Shown one piece after another: positions 9,761 through 24,700 of a stretch of DNA of 64,000 nt. Position 1 is the stretch's first letter, and each line of letters starts with the position of its first letter. The position numbers and the translations under genes are program-made. The notes beneath the pieces were generated by a model. It was given only the letters and a program-made list of their open reading frames with translations. It had not been told where the DNA came from and did no database searches. Origin of the DNA: the human T2T-CHM13v2.0 reference genome, Homo sapiens; NCBI RefSeq assembly GCF_009914755.1, contig NC_060943.1; one strand, written 5' to 3'.

Positions 9761-12700
9761 CTTCGTTGGAAACAGGATTTCTTCATATACTGCTAGACAG
9801 AAGAATTCTCAGTAACTTCCTCGTGTTGTGTGTATTCAACTCACAGAGTTGAAACTTCCTTTAGACAGAGCAGATTTGGAACACTCTTTTTGTGAAATTT
9901 GCAGGTGGAGATTTCAAGCGCTTTTGGGCCAAAGGTAGAAAAGGAAATATCTTCGTATAAAAACTAGACAGAATCTTTCTCAGAAACTACATTGTGATGT
10001 GTGCGTGCAACTCACGGAGTTTAACCTTTCTTTTCATAGAGCAGTTTGGAAACACTCTGTAAACTCTGCATGTGGGTATTTGGACCTCTTTGAGGCCATC
10101 GTTGGAAACGGGATTTCTTCATATAATGCTAGACAGAAGAATTCTCAGTAACTTCTTTCTGTTGTGAGTATTCACCTCACAGAGTTGAAACTTCCTAAAG
10201 ACAGAGGAGATTTGAAACACTCCTTTTGTGGAATTTTCAGGTGGAGATTTCAAGCGCTTTCAAGCCAATGATAGAAAAGGAAATATCTTCGTATAAAAAC
10301 TAGACAGAATCATTCTCAGAAAATTCCTTGTGATGTGTGCGTTCAACTCAAAGACTTGAACATTCCTTTTCATACAGAAGTTTGAAACACTCTGTTTGCA
10401 ATGTCTGCAAGTGGATATGTGGACCTCTTTGACACCTTCGTTGGAGACGGGATTCCTTCATATAATACCAGACAGAAGAATTCTCAGTAACATCTTTCTG
10501 TTGTGTGTATTCAACTCATAGAGTTGAACCTTCCTTTAGACACAGCAGATTTGAAACACTCTATTTGTGGAATTTGCAAGTTGAGATTTCAAGCGCTTGG
10601 AGGCCAAAGGTAGAAAAGGAGATATCTTCGTATAAAAACTAGACAGAATCATGCTCAGAAACTACTTTGTGATGTGTGCATTCAACACACAGAGTTTTTC
10701 CTTTCTTTTCATACAGCAGTTTGAAAACACTATGTTTGTAAAGTCTGCAAGTGGTTATTTGGACCTCTTTGAGGCCTTCTTTGGAAACGGGATTTCTTCA
10801 TATAATGCTAGACAGAAGAATTCTCAGTAACTTCCTTGGGTTGTGTGAATTCAACTCATAGAGTTGAACCTTACTTTAGACAGAGCAGATTTGAAACATT
10901 CTTTTTGTGCAATTTTCAGGTGGAGGTTTTAAGCGTTTTAAGGCCAGTGGTAAAAAAGGAAATATCTTCGTATAAAAACCAGACAGAATCATTCTCAGAA
11001 AATACTTTGTGATGTGTATGTTTAACTCACAGAGTTTAACCTTTCTTTTCATAGAGCAGTTGGGAAACACTCGGTTTGAAAGTCTGCAAGTGGATATTTG
11101 GACCTCCTTGAGGCCTTCGTTGGAAACGGTATTTCTTCATATAATGCTAGAAAGAAGAATTCTCAGTAACTTCTTTGTGTTGTGTGTATTAACGAACAGA
11201 GTTGAACCTTCCATTAGACAGGGCAGATTTGAAACACTCTCTTTGTCGAATTTTCCGTAGGAGATTTCAAGCGCTTTAAGGCCAAAGGTAGAAAAGGAAA
11301 TATCTTCGTATAAAAGACAGACAGAATCATTCTCAGAAACTACTTCATGATGTGTGTGTTCAGCTCACAGAGTTTAACCTTTCTTTTCATGGAGCAGTTT
11401 GGAAACACACTGTTTGTAAAGTGGGCAAGTGGATATTTGGACCTCTTGGAGGCCTTCATTGGAAACGAGATTTCTTCATATAATGCTAGACAGAAGAATT
11501 CTCAGTTACTTCTTTGTGCTGTGTGTATTCAACTCACAGAGTTCTACATTCCTATAGACAGAGCAGATTTGAAACATTCTTTTTGTGGAATTTGCAAGTG
11601 GAGATTCCAAGCGCTTTGAGGCCAATGGTAGAAAAGGAAATATCTTCGTATAAAAACAAGACAGAATCATTCTCAGAAAATGCTTTGTGTTGTGTGCGTT
11701 CAACACACAGAGTTTAACCTTTCTTTTCATAGAGCAGTTTCGAAACACTCTGTTTGAAAGTCTGCAAGTGGATATTTGGACATCTTTGAGGCCTTCATTG
11801 GAAACGGGATTTCTTCATATAATGCTGGACAGAAGAATTCTCATTAACTTCTTTTTGTTGTGGGTATTCACCTCACAGAATTGAACCTTCCTTTAGACAG
11901 AGTATATTTGAAACACTCTTTTTGAGGAATTTGCAAGTAGAGATTTCAAGCGCTTTGAGGCCAATTGTGGAAAAGGAAATATCTTCGTATAATCACCAGA
12001 CAGAATCATTCTCAGAAACTACTTTGTGATGTTTGCGTTCAACTCACAGAGTTTAACCTTTCTTTTCATAGAGCAGTTTGGAAACACTCTGTTTGTACAG
12101 TCTGCAAGTGGATATTCGGACGTCTTTGAGGCCTTCGTTGGAATCGGGATTTCTTCATATAATACTAGAAAGAAGAATTCTCAGTAACTTCTTTGTGTTG
12201 TGTGTATTCAACTCACAGAGTTGAACCTTCCTTTAGACAGAGCAGATTTGAAACACTCTTTTTGTGGAATTTGCAAGTGGAGATTTCAAGCGCTTTGAGG
12301 CCAATGGTAGAAAAGAATAATCTTCGTATAAAAACTAGACAGAATCATTCTCAGAAGATACTTTGTGATGTGTGCGTTCAACTCAGTGAGTTTAACCTTT
12401 CAATTCATACAGCAGTTTGGAAACACTCTGTTTATAAAGTCTGCAAGAGGATAGTTGGACCTCTTTGATGCCTTCGTTGGAAACGGGATTTCTTCATATA
12501 ATGCTACACAGAAGAATTCACAGTAACTTCTTTGTGTTATGTGTATTCAACTCACAGAGGTGAAAGTTCGTTTAGACACAGCAGATTTCATACACACTTT
12601 TTGTGTAATTTGCAACTGGAGATTTCAAGCGCTTTAATGTCAATGGTAGAAAAAGAAATATCTTCGTTTAAAAACTAGAGAGAATCATTACCAGAAACTG

Positions 12701-15700
12701 CTTTGTGATGTGTGCGTTAAACTCACAGAGTTTAACCTTTCTTTCCACAGAGCAGTTTGGAAACACTCTGTTTATAAAGTCTGCAAGTGGATATTTGGAC
12801 TTCTTTGAGGCCTTCATTGGAAACGGGATTTCTTCATATAATGCTAGACAGAAGAATTCTCAGTAACTTCTTTGTGTTGTGTGTATTCAACTGACAGAGT
12901 TGAACCTTCCTTTAAACAGAGCAGATTTGAAACACTCTTTTTGTGGAATTTTCAAGTGGAGATTTCAAACGCTTGAGGCCAATGGTAGAAAAGGAAATAT
13001 CTTCGTATAAAAATTAGACAGAATCATTCTCAACAACTGCTTTGTGATGTGTGTGTTCAACACAGAGAGTTTAACCAATTAGGACCTCTTTGAGGCATTT
13101 GTTGGAAAATGGATTTCGTCGTAAAATGCTGGACAGAAGAATTCTCAGGAACTTCTTTGTGTTGTGTGTATTCAACTCACAGAGTAGAACCTTCCTTTAG
13201 ACAGAGAAGATTTGAAACACTCTTTTTGTGGAATTTGCAACTGCAGATTTCAAGCGCTTTGAGGCCAATGGTAGAAAAGGAAATATCTTTGTATACAAAC
13301 AAGACAGAATCATTCTCAGAAAATGCTTTGTGTTGTGTGCATTCAACACACAGAGTTTAACCTTTCTTTTCATAGAGCAGTTTGGAAACACTCTGTTTGT
13401 AAAGTCTGGAAGTGGATATTTGGACCTCTTTGAGGCCTTCATTGGAAACGGGATTTCTTCATATAATGCTACACAGAAGAATTCTCAGTAACTTCTTTGT
13501 GTTGTGGGTATTCACCTCACAGAATTGAAACTTCCTTTAGACAGAGCAAATTTCATACACACTTTTTGTGTAATTTGCAACGGGAGATTTCAAGCGCTTT
13601 AATGTCAATGGTAGAAAAAGAAATAACTTCGTGTAAAAACTAGAGAGAATCATTTCCAGAAAGTGCTTTGTGATGTGTGCGTTAAACTCACAGAGTTTAA
13701 CCTTTCTTTTCAAAGAGCAGTTTGGAAACACTCTGTTTGTAAAGTTTGCAAGTGGATATTTGGACTTCTTTGAGGCCTTCCTTGGAAACGGGATTTCTTC
13801 ATATAATGCTAGACAGAAGAATTCTCAGTAACTTCTTTGTGTTGTGTGTATTCAACTGACAGAGTTGAGCCTTCCTTTAAACAGAGCACATTTGAAACTG
13901 TCTTTTTGTGGAATTTTCAAGCGGAGATTTCATACGCTTGAGGCCAATGGTAGAAAAGGAAATATCTTCGTATAAAAATTAGACAGAATCATTCTCAATA
14001 ACTGCTTTGTCATGTGTGCGTTCAACACACAGAATTTAATCAATTAGGACCTCTTTGAGGCATTTGTTGGAAAACGGATTTCTTCGTAAAATGCTAGACT
14101 GAAGAATTCTCAGGAAATTCTTTGTGTTGTGTGTATTCAACTCACAGAGTAGAACCTTCCTTTAGACAGAGCAGATTTGAAACACTCTTTTTGTGGAATT
14201 TGCAACTGGAGATTTCAAGCGCTTTGAGGCCAATGGTAGAAAAGGAAATATCTTCGTATAAAAATTAGACAGAATCCTTCTCAAAAGCTGCTTTGAGATG
14301 TGTGCGTTCAACACACAGAGTTTAAGCAATTAGGACCTCTTTTGAGGCATTTGTTGGAAAATGGATTTCTTCGTAAAATGCTAGACAGAAGAATTCTCAG
14401 CAACTTCTTTGTGTTGTGTGTATTCAACTCACAGTGTTGAACCTTCCTTTAGACAGAGCAGATTTGAAAGACTCTTTTTGTGGAATTTGCAAGTGGAGAT
14501 TTCAAGCGCTTTGAGGCCAATGGTAGAAAAGGAAATATCTACGTATAAAAATTAGAATCATTCTCAGAGAATACTTTGTGATGTGTGCGTTCAACTCACA
14601 GAGTTCAACCTTTCTTTTCATAGAAAAGTTGGGAAACACTCTGTTTGAAAGTCTGCAAGTGGATATTTGGACCTCCTTGAGGCCTTCATTGGAAACGGGA
14701 TTTCTTCATATAGTGCTGGACAGAAGAATTCACCGTAACTTCTTTCTGTTGTGGGTATTCACCTCGCAGAATTGAACCTTCTTTTAGACAGAGCAGATTT
14801 GAAACACTGTTTTTAAGGAATTTGCAAGTAGAGATTTCAAGCGCTTTGAGGCCAATGGTAGAAAAGGAAATATCTTCGTATAATCACCAGACAGAATCAT
14901 TCTCGGAAACTACTTTGTGATGTTTGCGTTCAACTCACAGAGTTTAACCTTTCTTTTCATAGAGCAGTTGGGAAACACTCGGTTTGAAAGTCTGCCAAAG
15001 GATATTTGGACCTCCTTGAGGCCTTCGTTGGAAACGTGATTTCATCATATAATGCTAGAAAGAAGAATTCTCAGTAACTTATTTGTGTTGTGTGTATTAA
15101 CGAACAGAGTTGAATCTTCCATTAGACAGAGCAGATTTGAAACACTCTCTTTGTCGAATTTTCAGTAGGAGATTCCAAGCGCTTTAAGGCCAAAAGTAGA
15201 AAAGGGAATATCTTCGTATAAAAGACAGACAGAATCATTCTCAGAAACTACTTCATGATGTGTGCGTTCAACTCACAGAGTTTAACCTTTCTTTTCATGG
15301 AGCAGTTTGGAAACACACTGTTGTAAAGTGGGCAAGTGGACATTTGGACCTCTTTGAGGCCTTGGTTGGAAACGAGATTTTTCATATAATGCTAGACAGA
15401 AGAATTCTCAGTTACTTCTTTGTGCTGTGTGTATTCAACTCACAGAGTTCTACATTCCTTTAGACAGAGCAGATTTGAAACACGCTTTTTGTGGAATTTG
15501 CAAGTGGAGATTTCAAGTGATTTGAGGCCAATGGTAGAAAAGGAAATATCTTCATATAAAAACTCGACAGAATCATTCTCACAAACTGCTTTGTGTTGTG
15601 TGCGTTCCACACACGGAGTTTAACCTTTCTTTTCATAGAGCAGTTTGCAAACTCTCTGTTTGTAAAGTCTGCAAGTGGATATTGGACCTCTTTGAGGCCT

Positions 15701-18700
15701 TCATTGGTAACGGGATTTCTTCATATAATGGTGGACAGAAGAATTCTGAGTAACTTCTTTGTGTTGTGGGTATTCACCTCACAGAATTCAACCTTCCTTT
15801 AGGCAGAGCAGATTTGAAACACTCTTTTTGAGGAATTTGCAAGTGGAGATTTCAAGCGCTTTGAGGCCAATGGTAGAAAAGGAAATATCTTCGTATAATC
15901 ACCAGACAGAATCATTCTCAGAAACTACTTTGTGATGTTTGCTTTCAACTCACAGAGTTTAACCTTTCTTTTCATAGAGCAGTTTGGAAACACTCTGTTT
16001 GTAAAGTCTGCAAGTGGATATTCGGACGTCTTTGAGGCCTTCGTTGGAATGGGGTTTTCTTCATATAATGCTAGAAAGAAGAATTCTCAGTAACTTTTTT
16101 GTGTTGTGTGTATTCAACTCACAGAGTTGAACCTTCCTTTAGACAGAGCAAATTTGAAACACTATTTTTGTGGAATTTGCAAGTGGAGATTTCAAGCGCT
16201 TTGAGGCCAATGGTTGAAAAGAATAAACTTCGTATAAAAACTAGACAGAATCATTCTCAGAAACTACTTTGTGATGTGTGTGTTCAACTCAGGGAGTTTA
16301 ACCTTTCAATTCACACAGCAGTTTGAAAACACTCTGTTTATAAAGTCTGCAAGTGGATAGTTGCACCTCTTTGACGCCTTCGTTGGAAACGGGATTTCTT
16401 CATATGATGCTACGCAGAAGAATTCACAGTAACTTCTTTGTGTTGTGTGTATTCAACTCACAGAGGTGAACCTTCTTTTAGACAGAGCAGATTTCATATA
16501 CTTTTTTTGGGTAATTTGCAACTGCAGATTTCAAGCGCTTTCATGTCAACAGCAGAAAAAGAAATATCTTCGTATAAAAACTAGAAATAATCATTCCCAG
16601 AAACTGCTTTGTGATGTGTGCGTTACACTCACAGAGTTTAACCTTTTTTTTCACAGAGCAGTTTGGAATCACCCTGTTTCTAAAGTCTGCAAGTGGATAT
16701 TTCGACTTCTTTGACGCCTTCCTTGGGAACGGGATTTCTTCATATAATGCTAGACAGAAGAATTCTCAGTAACTTCTTTTTGTTGTGTGTATTCAACTGA
16801 CAGAGTTCAACCTTTCTTTAAACAGAGCATATTTGAAACACTCTTTTTGTGGAATTGCAAGTGGAGATTTCAAACGCTTGAGGCCAATGGTAGAAAAGGA
16901 AATATCTTCGCATAAAAATTAGACAGAATGATTCTCAGAAACTGCTTTGTGATGTGTGCGTTCAACTCACAGAGTTTAACGTTTCTTTTCATAGAGCAGT
17001 TAGGAAACACTCTGTTTGTAAATTCTGCAGGTGGATATTTGGACCTCCTTTAGGCCTTTTTTGGAAACGGGATTTCTTCATATAATGCTAGACAGAAGAA
17101 TTCTCAGTAACTTCCTTGTGTTGAATGTATTCAACTCACAGAGTTGAACCTTCATTTAGACAGAGCAGATTTGAACCACTCTTTTTGTGGAATTTCCAAG
17201 TGGAGATTTCATGCGATTTGAGGCCTATTGTAGATAAGGAAATATATTCGTATAAAAACTAAACAGAATCATTCTCAGAAACTACTGTGTGATGTGTGCG
17301 TTCAGCTCACTGAATTTAAGCTTTCTATTCATAGAGCAGTTTTTAAACACTCTGTTTGTAAAGTCTGCAAGTGGATATAAGGACCTCTTTGAGGCCTTCG
17401 TTGGAAGCGGGATTTCTTCACATAATTCTAGACAGAAGAATTCTCAGTAACTTCTTTGTGTTGTGTGATTCAACTCACAGTGTTGAAACGTCCTTTACAC
17501 AGAGCAGATTTGAAACACTCTTTTTGTGGAATTTCCAAGTGGAGATTTCAAGTGCTTTGCGGCCAATGGTAGAAAAGGAAATATCTTCGTATAAAAACTA
17601 GAAAGAATCATTCCCAGAAACTGCATTGTGATCTGTGCGTTCAACTCGCAGAGTTCAACCTTTCTTTTCATAGAGCAGTTGGGAAACACACTGTTTGTAA
17701 AGTCTGCAATTGGATATTTGGACCTCCATGAGTCCTTCGTTGGAAAAAGGATTTCTTCACGTAATGCTAGACAGAAGAATTATCAGTACATTCTTTGTGT
17801 TGTGTGTATTCAACTCACAGAGTTGAACATTCATTTTGACAGGGCAGTTTTGAAATACTCTTTTTGTGCAATTGGCAATTGTAGATTTCAAGCGCTTTGA
17901 GGCCAATGGTAGAAAAGGAAATATCTTCGTATAAAAAATGGACAGAATCATTCCCAGAACCTGCGTTGTGATGTGTGCGTTCAACACACCGAGTTTAACC
18001 TTTCTTTTTATAGAGCAGTTGGGAAACACTCTGTTTGTAACGTCTGCAAGCAGATATTTGGACGTCCTTGAGGAGTTCGTTGCAAACGGGTGTTCTTCAA
18101 ATAAGGCTATACCGAAGAATTCTAAGTAACTTCCTTGTGTTGTGGGTATTCAACTAACAGAGTTGAACCTTCCTTTACACAGAGCAGATTTGAAACACTC
18201 TTTTTGTGCAATTTGCAAGTGGAGATTTCAAGCGATTTGAGGCCAATGGTAGAAAAGGAAATAACTTCATATAAAAACTAGACAGAATCATTCTCAGAAA
18301 CTGCTTTGTGATGTGTGCATTCAAATCACTGAGATTAACCTATCTTTTCCTAGAGAAGTTTGGACACACTGTGTTTGTAACTTCTGCAAGTGGATATTTG
18401 GACCTCCTTGAGGCATTCGTTGGAAACGGGATTTCTTCATATAATGCTAGACAGAAGAATTCTCAGTATCTTCCTTGTGTTGTGTGTATTCAACTCACAG
18501 AGTTGAAACTTCCTATACACAGAGCAGATATGAAACACTCCATTTGTGGAATTTGCAAGTGGAGATTTCAAGCGATTTCAGGCCAACGATAGAAAAGGAT
18601 ATATCTTCGTATAAAAACTAGACAGAATGATTCTCAGAAACTCCTTTGTGGAGTGTGCGCTCAACTCACAGAGTTTAACCTTTCTTTTCATACAGCAGTT

Positions 18701-21700
18701 TGGAAACATTCTGTTTGTATAGTCTGCAAGTGGATATTTGGACCTCTTTGAGGCCTTCGTTGGAAATGGGATTTCTTCATATAATGCTAGACTCTAGAAT
18801 TCTCAGTATATTGTTTGTGTTGTGTGGATTCAACTCACAGAGTTGAAGCCTCCTTTAGACAGAGCAGATATGAAACACTTTTTTTGTGGGAATTACAATT
18901 GGAGATTTCAAGCGATTTGAGGCCAATTGTAGAAAAGGGAATATCTGAGTATAAAAACTAGACAGAATCATTATCAGAAACTACATTGTGATGTGTGCAT
19001 TCAACTGACAGAGTTTAACCTTTCTTTTCATACAGCAGTTTGGAAACACTCTGTTTGTATAGTCTGCAAGTAGATAATTGGACCTCTTTGAGGCCTTCGT
19101 TGGAAACGGGATTTCTTCATATAATGCTAGACAGAAGAATTCTCAGTAACTTCTTTGCTTTGTGTGTATTCAACTGACAGAGTTGAACCTTCATTTGGAC
19201 AGAGCAGATTTGAAACACTCTTTTTATGGAATTTGCAAGTAGAGACTTCAAGCGCTTTGAGGCAATGGTAGAAAAGGCAATACCTTTGTATAAAAACTAG
19301 ACAGAATCTTTCTCCGAAACTACTTTGTGATGTGTGCGTTCAACTAACAGAGTTTAAACTTTCTTTTCATAGAGCAGTTTGGAAACACTGTGTTTGTAAA
19401 GTCTGCAAGTGGATATTCGGACCTCTTTGAGGCCTTCGTTGGAAACGGGATTTCTTCATATAATGGTAGACAGAAGAATTCTCAGTACCTTCTTTGTGTT
19501 GTGTGTATTCAACTCACAGAGTTGAACCTTCCTTTAGACAGAGCAGATTTGAAACACTCTTTTTGTGGAATTTGCAAGTGGAGATTTCACGCGCTTAGAG
19601 GCCAATGGTAGAAAAGGAAACATCTTCGTATAAAAACTAGCAGAATCATTCCCAGAGACTGCCTTGTGATGTGTGGGTTCAACTCACAGAGTTTATCCTT
19701 TCTTTTCATTCAGCAGTTTGGAAACAGTCTGTTTGAAAAGTCTGCATGTGGATATTTGGACCTCCTTGAGGAATTCGTTGGAAACGGGATTTCTACATAC
19801 AAGGCTAGACAGAAGAATTCTCAGTAACTTCCTTGGGTTGTGTGTATTCAATTCGCAGAGTTGAACCTTCCTTTAGACAGAGCAGATTTGAAACACTCTT
19901 TTTGTGGAATTTGCAAGTGGAGATTTCAAGCGATTTGAGGCCAATGGTAGAAAAGGAAATATCTTCATATAAAAACTCGACAGAATCATTCTCACAAACT
20001 GCTTTGTGTTGTGTGTGTTCCACACACGGAGTTTAACCTATCTTCCACAGAGAAGTTTGGAAACACTGAGTTTGTAAATTCTGCAACTGGATATATGGAC
20101 CTCCTTGAGGCCTTCGTTGGAAACGTGATTTTTTCATATAATGCTAGACAAAAGAATTCTCAGTATCTTCCTTGAGTTGTTTGTATTCAACTCACAGAGA
20201 TGAACTTTCCTTTAGACAGAGCAGATTTGAAACACTCTTTTCTTGGAATTTGCAAGTGGAGATTTCACTCGCTTTGAGGACAATGGTAGAAAAGGAAATA
20301 TCTTCTTATAAAAACTAGAAAGAATCATTCCCAGAAACTCTGTTGTGATGTGTGCATTCGACAAACAGAGTGTAACCTTTCTTTTCATAAAGCAGTTGGG
20401 AAACACTCTGTTTGTAAAGTCTGCAAGTAGATATTTAGACCTCCTTGAGGCCTTCGTTGGAAACGGGATTTCTTCATATAATGCTAGACAGAGGAAATCT
20501 CAGTAACTTCTTTGTGTTGTGTGTATTCAACTCACAGAGTTCAAACTTCCTTTAGACAGAGCAGATTTGAAAAAATCTTTTTGTTGAATGCAAGTGGAGA
20601 TTTCAAGCGCTTTGTGGCCAATTGAAGGAAAGGAAATATCTTCTCATAAAACCTAGACAAAATCATTCCCAGAAACTGCATACTGATGTGTGAGTTTAAC
20701 TCACAGATTTTAACCTTTCTTTTCATACATCATTTTGGAAACAGTCTGTTTGTAAAGCCTGCAAATTGATATTTGGACCTCTTTGAGGCCTTCGTTGGAA
20801 ACGGGATTTCTTCATATAATGGTAGACAGAAGAATTCTCAGTACCTTCTTTGTGTTGTGTGCATGCAACTCACAGAGTTGAACCTTCCTTTAGACGGAGC
20901 AGATTTGAAACACTCTTTTTGTGGAATTTGCAAGTGGAGATTTCAAGCGATTTGAGGCCAATGGTCGGAAAGGAAATATCTTCGTATAAAAACTAGACAG
21001 AATCATTCTCAGAAACTGCTTTGTGCTGTGTGCGTTTCACTCACGGAGTTTAACCTATCTTTCATAGAGTAGTTTGGAAACACTGTGATTGTAAATTCTG
21101 CAAGTGGATATTTGGACCTCCTTGAGGCCTTCGTTGGAAACGGGATTTTTTCATATAATGCTAGACAAAAGAATTCTCAGTATCTTCTTTTGTTGTGTGT
21201 ATTTAACTCACAGAATTGAACCTTCCTTTAGGCAGAGCAGATTAAAAACACTCTTTCTGTGGAATTTGCAAGAGAAGATTTCAAGAGATTTGAGGCCAAA
21301 TGCAGAAAAGGAAATATCTTCGTATAAAACTAGACAGAATCATTCTCAGAAAATGCTTTGTGATGTGTGCGTTCAACTGAAAGAGTTTAACCTTCCTTTT
21401 CATACAGCAGTTGGGAAACACTCTGTTTGTAAAGTCTGCAAGTGGATATTTGCACCTCTTTGAGGTTTTCGTTGGAGCGGGATTTCTTGAAATAATGCTA
21501 GACAGAAGAACTCTCAGTAACTTCCTTGTTTTGCTTGTATTCAACTCACAGAGTTGAACCTTCCTTTAGAAAGAGCAGCTTTGAAACACTCTTTTTGTGG
21601 AATTTGCAAGTGGAGATTTCCGCCGCTTTGTGGTAAATGGTAGAAAAGGAAATATCTTCGTATAAAAACTAGACAGAATGTTTCTCAGAAACTCCTTTGT

Positions 21701-24700
21701 GATGTGTGCGTTCAACTCACAGAGTTTAACCTTTCTTTTCATAGAGTAGTTAGGAAACACTCTGTTTGTAAAGTCTGCAAGTGGATATTGAGACCTCTTT
21801 GAGGCCTTCGTTGGAAACGGGATTTCTTCATATTCTGCTAGACAGAAGAATTCTCAGTAACTTCCTTGTGTTGTGTGTATTCAACTCACAGAGTTGAACG
21901 ATCCTTTACACAGAGCAGACTTGAAACACTCTTTTTGTGGAATTTGCAAGTGGAGATTTCAGCCGCTTTGAGGTCAATGGTAGAAAAAACGAAATATCTT
22001 CGTATAAAAACTAGACAGAATGATTCTCAGAAACTGCTTTGTGATGTGTGCGTTCAACTCACAGAGTTTAACCTTTCTTTACATAGAGCAGTTAGGAAAC
22101 ATTCTGTTTGTAAAGTCTGCAATTGGATATTCGGACCTCTTTGATGTCTTCGTTGGAAACGGGATTTCTTCATATAATGCTAGACAGAGGAATTCTCAGT
22201 AACTTCTTTGTGTTGTGTGTATTAAACTCAGAGAGTTCAACTTTCCTTTAGACAGAGCATATTTGATACACTCTTTTTGAGGAATTTGCAAGTGGAGATT
22301 TCAAGCGCTTTGAGGCCTGTGGTGGAAAAGGCAATATCTTCGTATAAAAACTAGACAAAGTCATTCCCAGAAACTGCGTAGTGGTGTGTGTGTTTAACTC
22401 ACAGAGTTTAACCTTTCTTTTCATACAGCATTTTGGAAACACTCTGTTAGTAAAGTCTGCAAGTGGATATTTGGACCTCTTTGAGGCCTTCGTTGGAAAC
22501 GGGACTTCTTCATATAATGGTAGACAGAAGAATTCTCAGTACCTTCTCTGTGTTGTGTGTACGCAACTCACAGAATTGAACCTTCCTTTAGACACAGCAG
22601 ATTTGAAACACTCTTTTGGTGGAATTTGCAAGTGGAGACTGTAAGCGCTTTGAGGCCTACGGTAGAAAAGGAAATATCTTCGCATAATAACAGGACAGAA
22701 TCATTCCCAGAAACTGCGTTATGATGTGTGCGTTTAACTCACAGAGTGAAACCTTTCTTTTCATAGAGCAGTTTGGAAACACTCTGTTTGTAAAGTCTGC
22801 AAGTGGATATTTGGACCTACTTGAGGCCTTCGTTGCAAACGGGATTTTTTCATATAATGCTAGACAGAAGAATTCTCAGTAACCTCCTTGTGTTGTGTGT
22901 ATTCAACTCACAGAGTTGAAACTTCCTTTAGACAGAGCAGATTTGAAATACTCTTTTCGTGGAATGTGCAAGTGGAGATTTCAAGCGCTTTGAGGCCAAT
23001 AGTAGAAAAGGAAATATCTTCGTATAAAACCTAGACAGAATCATTCCCAGAAACAGCGTTGTGATGTGTGCGTTCAACATACAGATTTAACATTTCTTTT
23101 CATAGAGCATTTAGGAAACACTCTGTTTGTAAAGTCTGCAAGTGGATATTTGGACCTCCTTGAGGCCTTCGTTGGAAACGGGATTTCCTCATATAATGCT
23201 AGACCGAAGAATTCTCAGTAACTTCCTTGTGTTGTGTGTATTCCACTGACAACAGCTGAGCCTACCTTTAGACAGAGCCGATTTGAAACACTCTTTTTGT
23301 GGAATTTGCAAGTGGAGATTTCAAGCGCTTTAAGTTCAATGCTAGAAAAGGAAATATCTTCGTATGAAAACTAGACAGAATCATTCCCAAAAACTGCTTT
23401 GTGATGTGTGCGTAGAACACACAGAGTTTAACCTTTCTTTTCATAGAGCCCTTTGGAAACACTCTGTTGGTCAAACTGGAAGTCGATATTCTGATCTCTT
23501 TGAGGCCTTCGTTGGAAACTGGATTTCTTCATATAATGCTAGACAGAAGAATTCTCAGTAACTTCCTTTTGTTGTGTGTACTCAACTCACAGAGGTGAAC
23601 GTTCCTTTAGACACAGCAGATTTGAAACCCTCTTTTTGTGGAATTTGCAAGTGGAGATTTCATGTGCCTTGAGGCCAAAGGCAGAAAAGGAAATATCTTA
23701 GTAGAAAAACAAGACAGAATCATTCTCAGAAACTGCTTTGTGATGTATGCATTCAACTCAAAGAGTTTATCCTTACTTTTCGTACAGCAGTTTGGAAACA
23801 CTCTGTTGGAAAAGTCTGCAAACGGATATTTTGATCTCTTTGAGGCCTTCTTTGGAAACGGGTTTTATTCATGTAAGGCTAGACAGAAAAATTCTCAGTA
23901 ACATCTTTGTGTTGTGTGTATTAAGCTGACAGAGTTGACACTTCCTCTAGACAGAGCAGATTTGAAACACTCTTTTTGAGGAATTTGCAAGTGTAGATTT
24001 CAAACCCTTTGAGGTCAATGGTAGAAAAGGAAATATCTTCGTATAAAAACTAGGCAGAATGATTCTCAGAAAGTGCTATGTGATGTGTGCGTTCAACTCA
24101 AAGAGTTTTAACTTTCTTTTCATAGAGCAGTTAGGAAACACTCTGTTTGTCAAATCTGCAAGTCGATATTCGGAACTAGTTGAGGCCTTCTTTGGAAACG
24201 GGATTTCCTCATATAATGCTAGAAAGAGGAATTCCCAGTAACTTCCTTGTGTTGTGTGTACTCAACTCACACAGGTGAACTTTCCTTTAGACAGAGAAGA
24301 TTTGAAACACTCTTTTTGTGGAATTTCAATTGGAGATTTCAAGTGCTTTGAGGCCAATGGTAGAAACGAAATATCTTCGTATAAAAACAAGACAAAATCA
24401 TTCCCAGAAACTGTGTTGTGATGTGTGCGTTCAACTCACAGAGTTTAACCTTTCTTTTCATTGAGCAGTTTGGATAAAGTCTGTTTTTAAAGTCTGCAAG
24501 TGTATATTTGGACTTCTTAGATGCCTTAGTTGGAAACGGGATTTCTTCATATAATGCTAGAGAGAAGAATTCTTAGTAACTCCTTTGTGTTGTGTGCATT
24601 CAACTGACAGAGGTGAATCTTCCATTAGACAGAGCAGATTTGAAAAACGCTTTTTGTGGAATTTGCAGGTGGAGATTTCAAGCGGTTTAAGGCCAATGGA

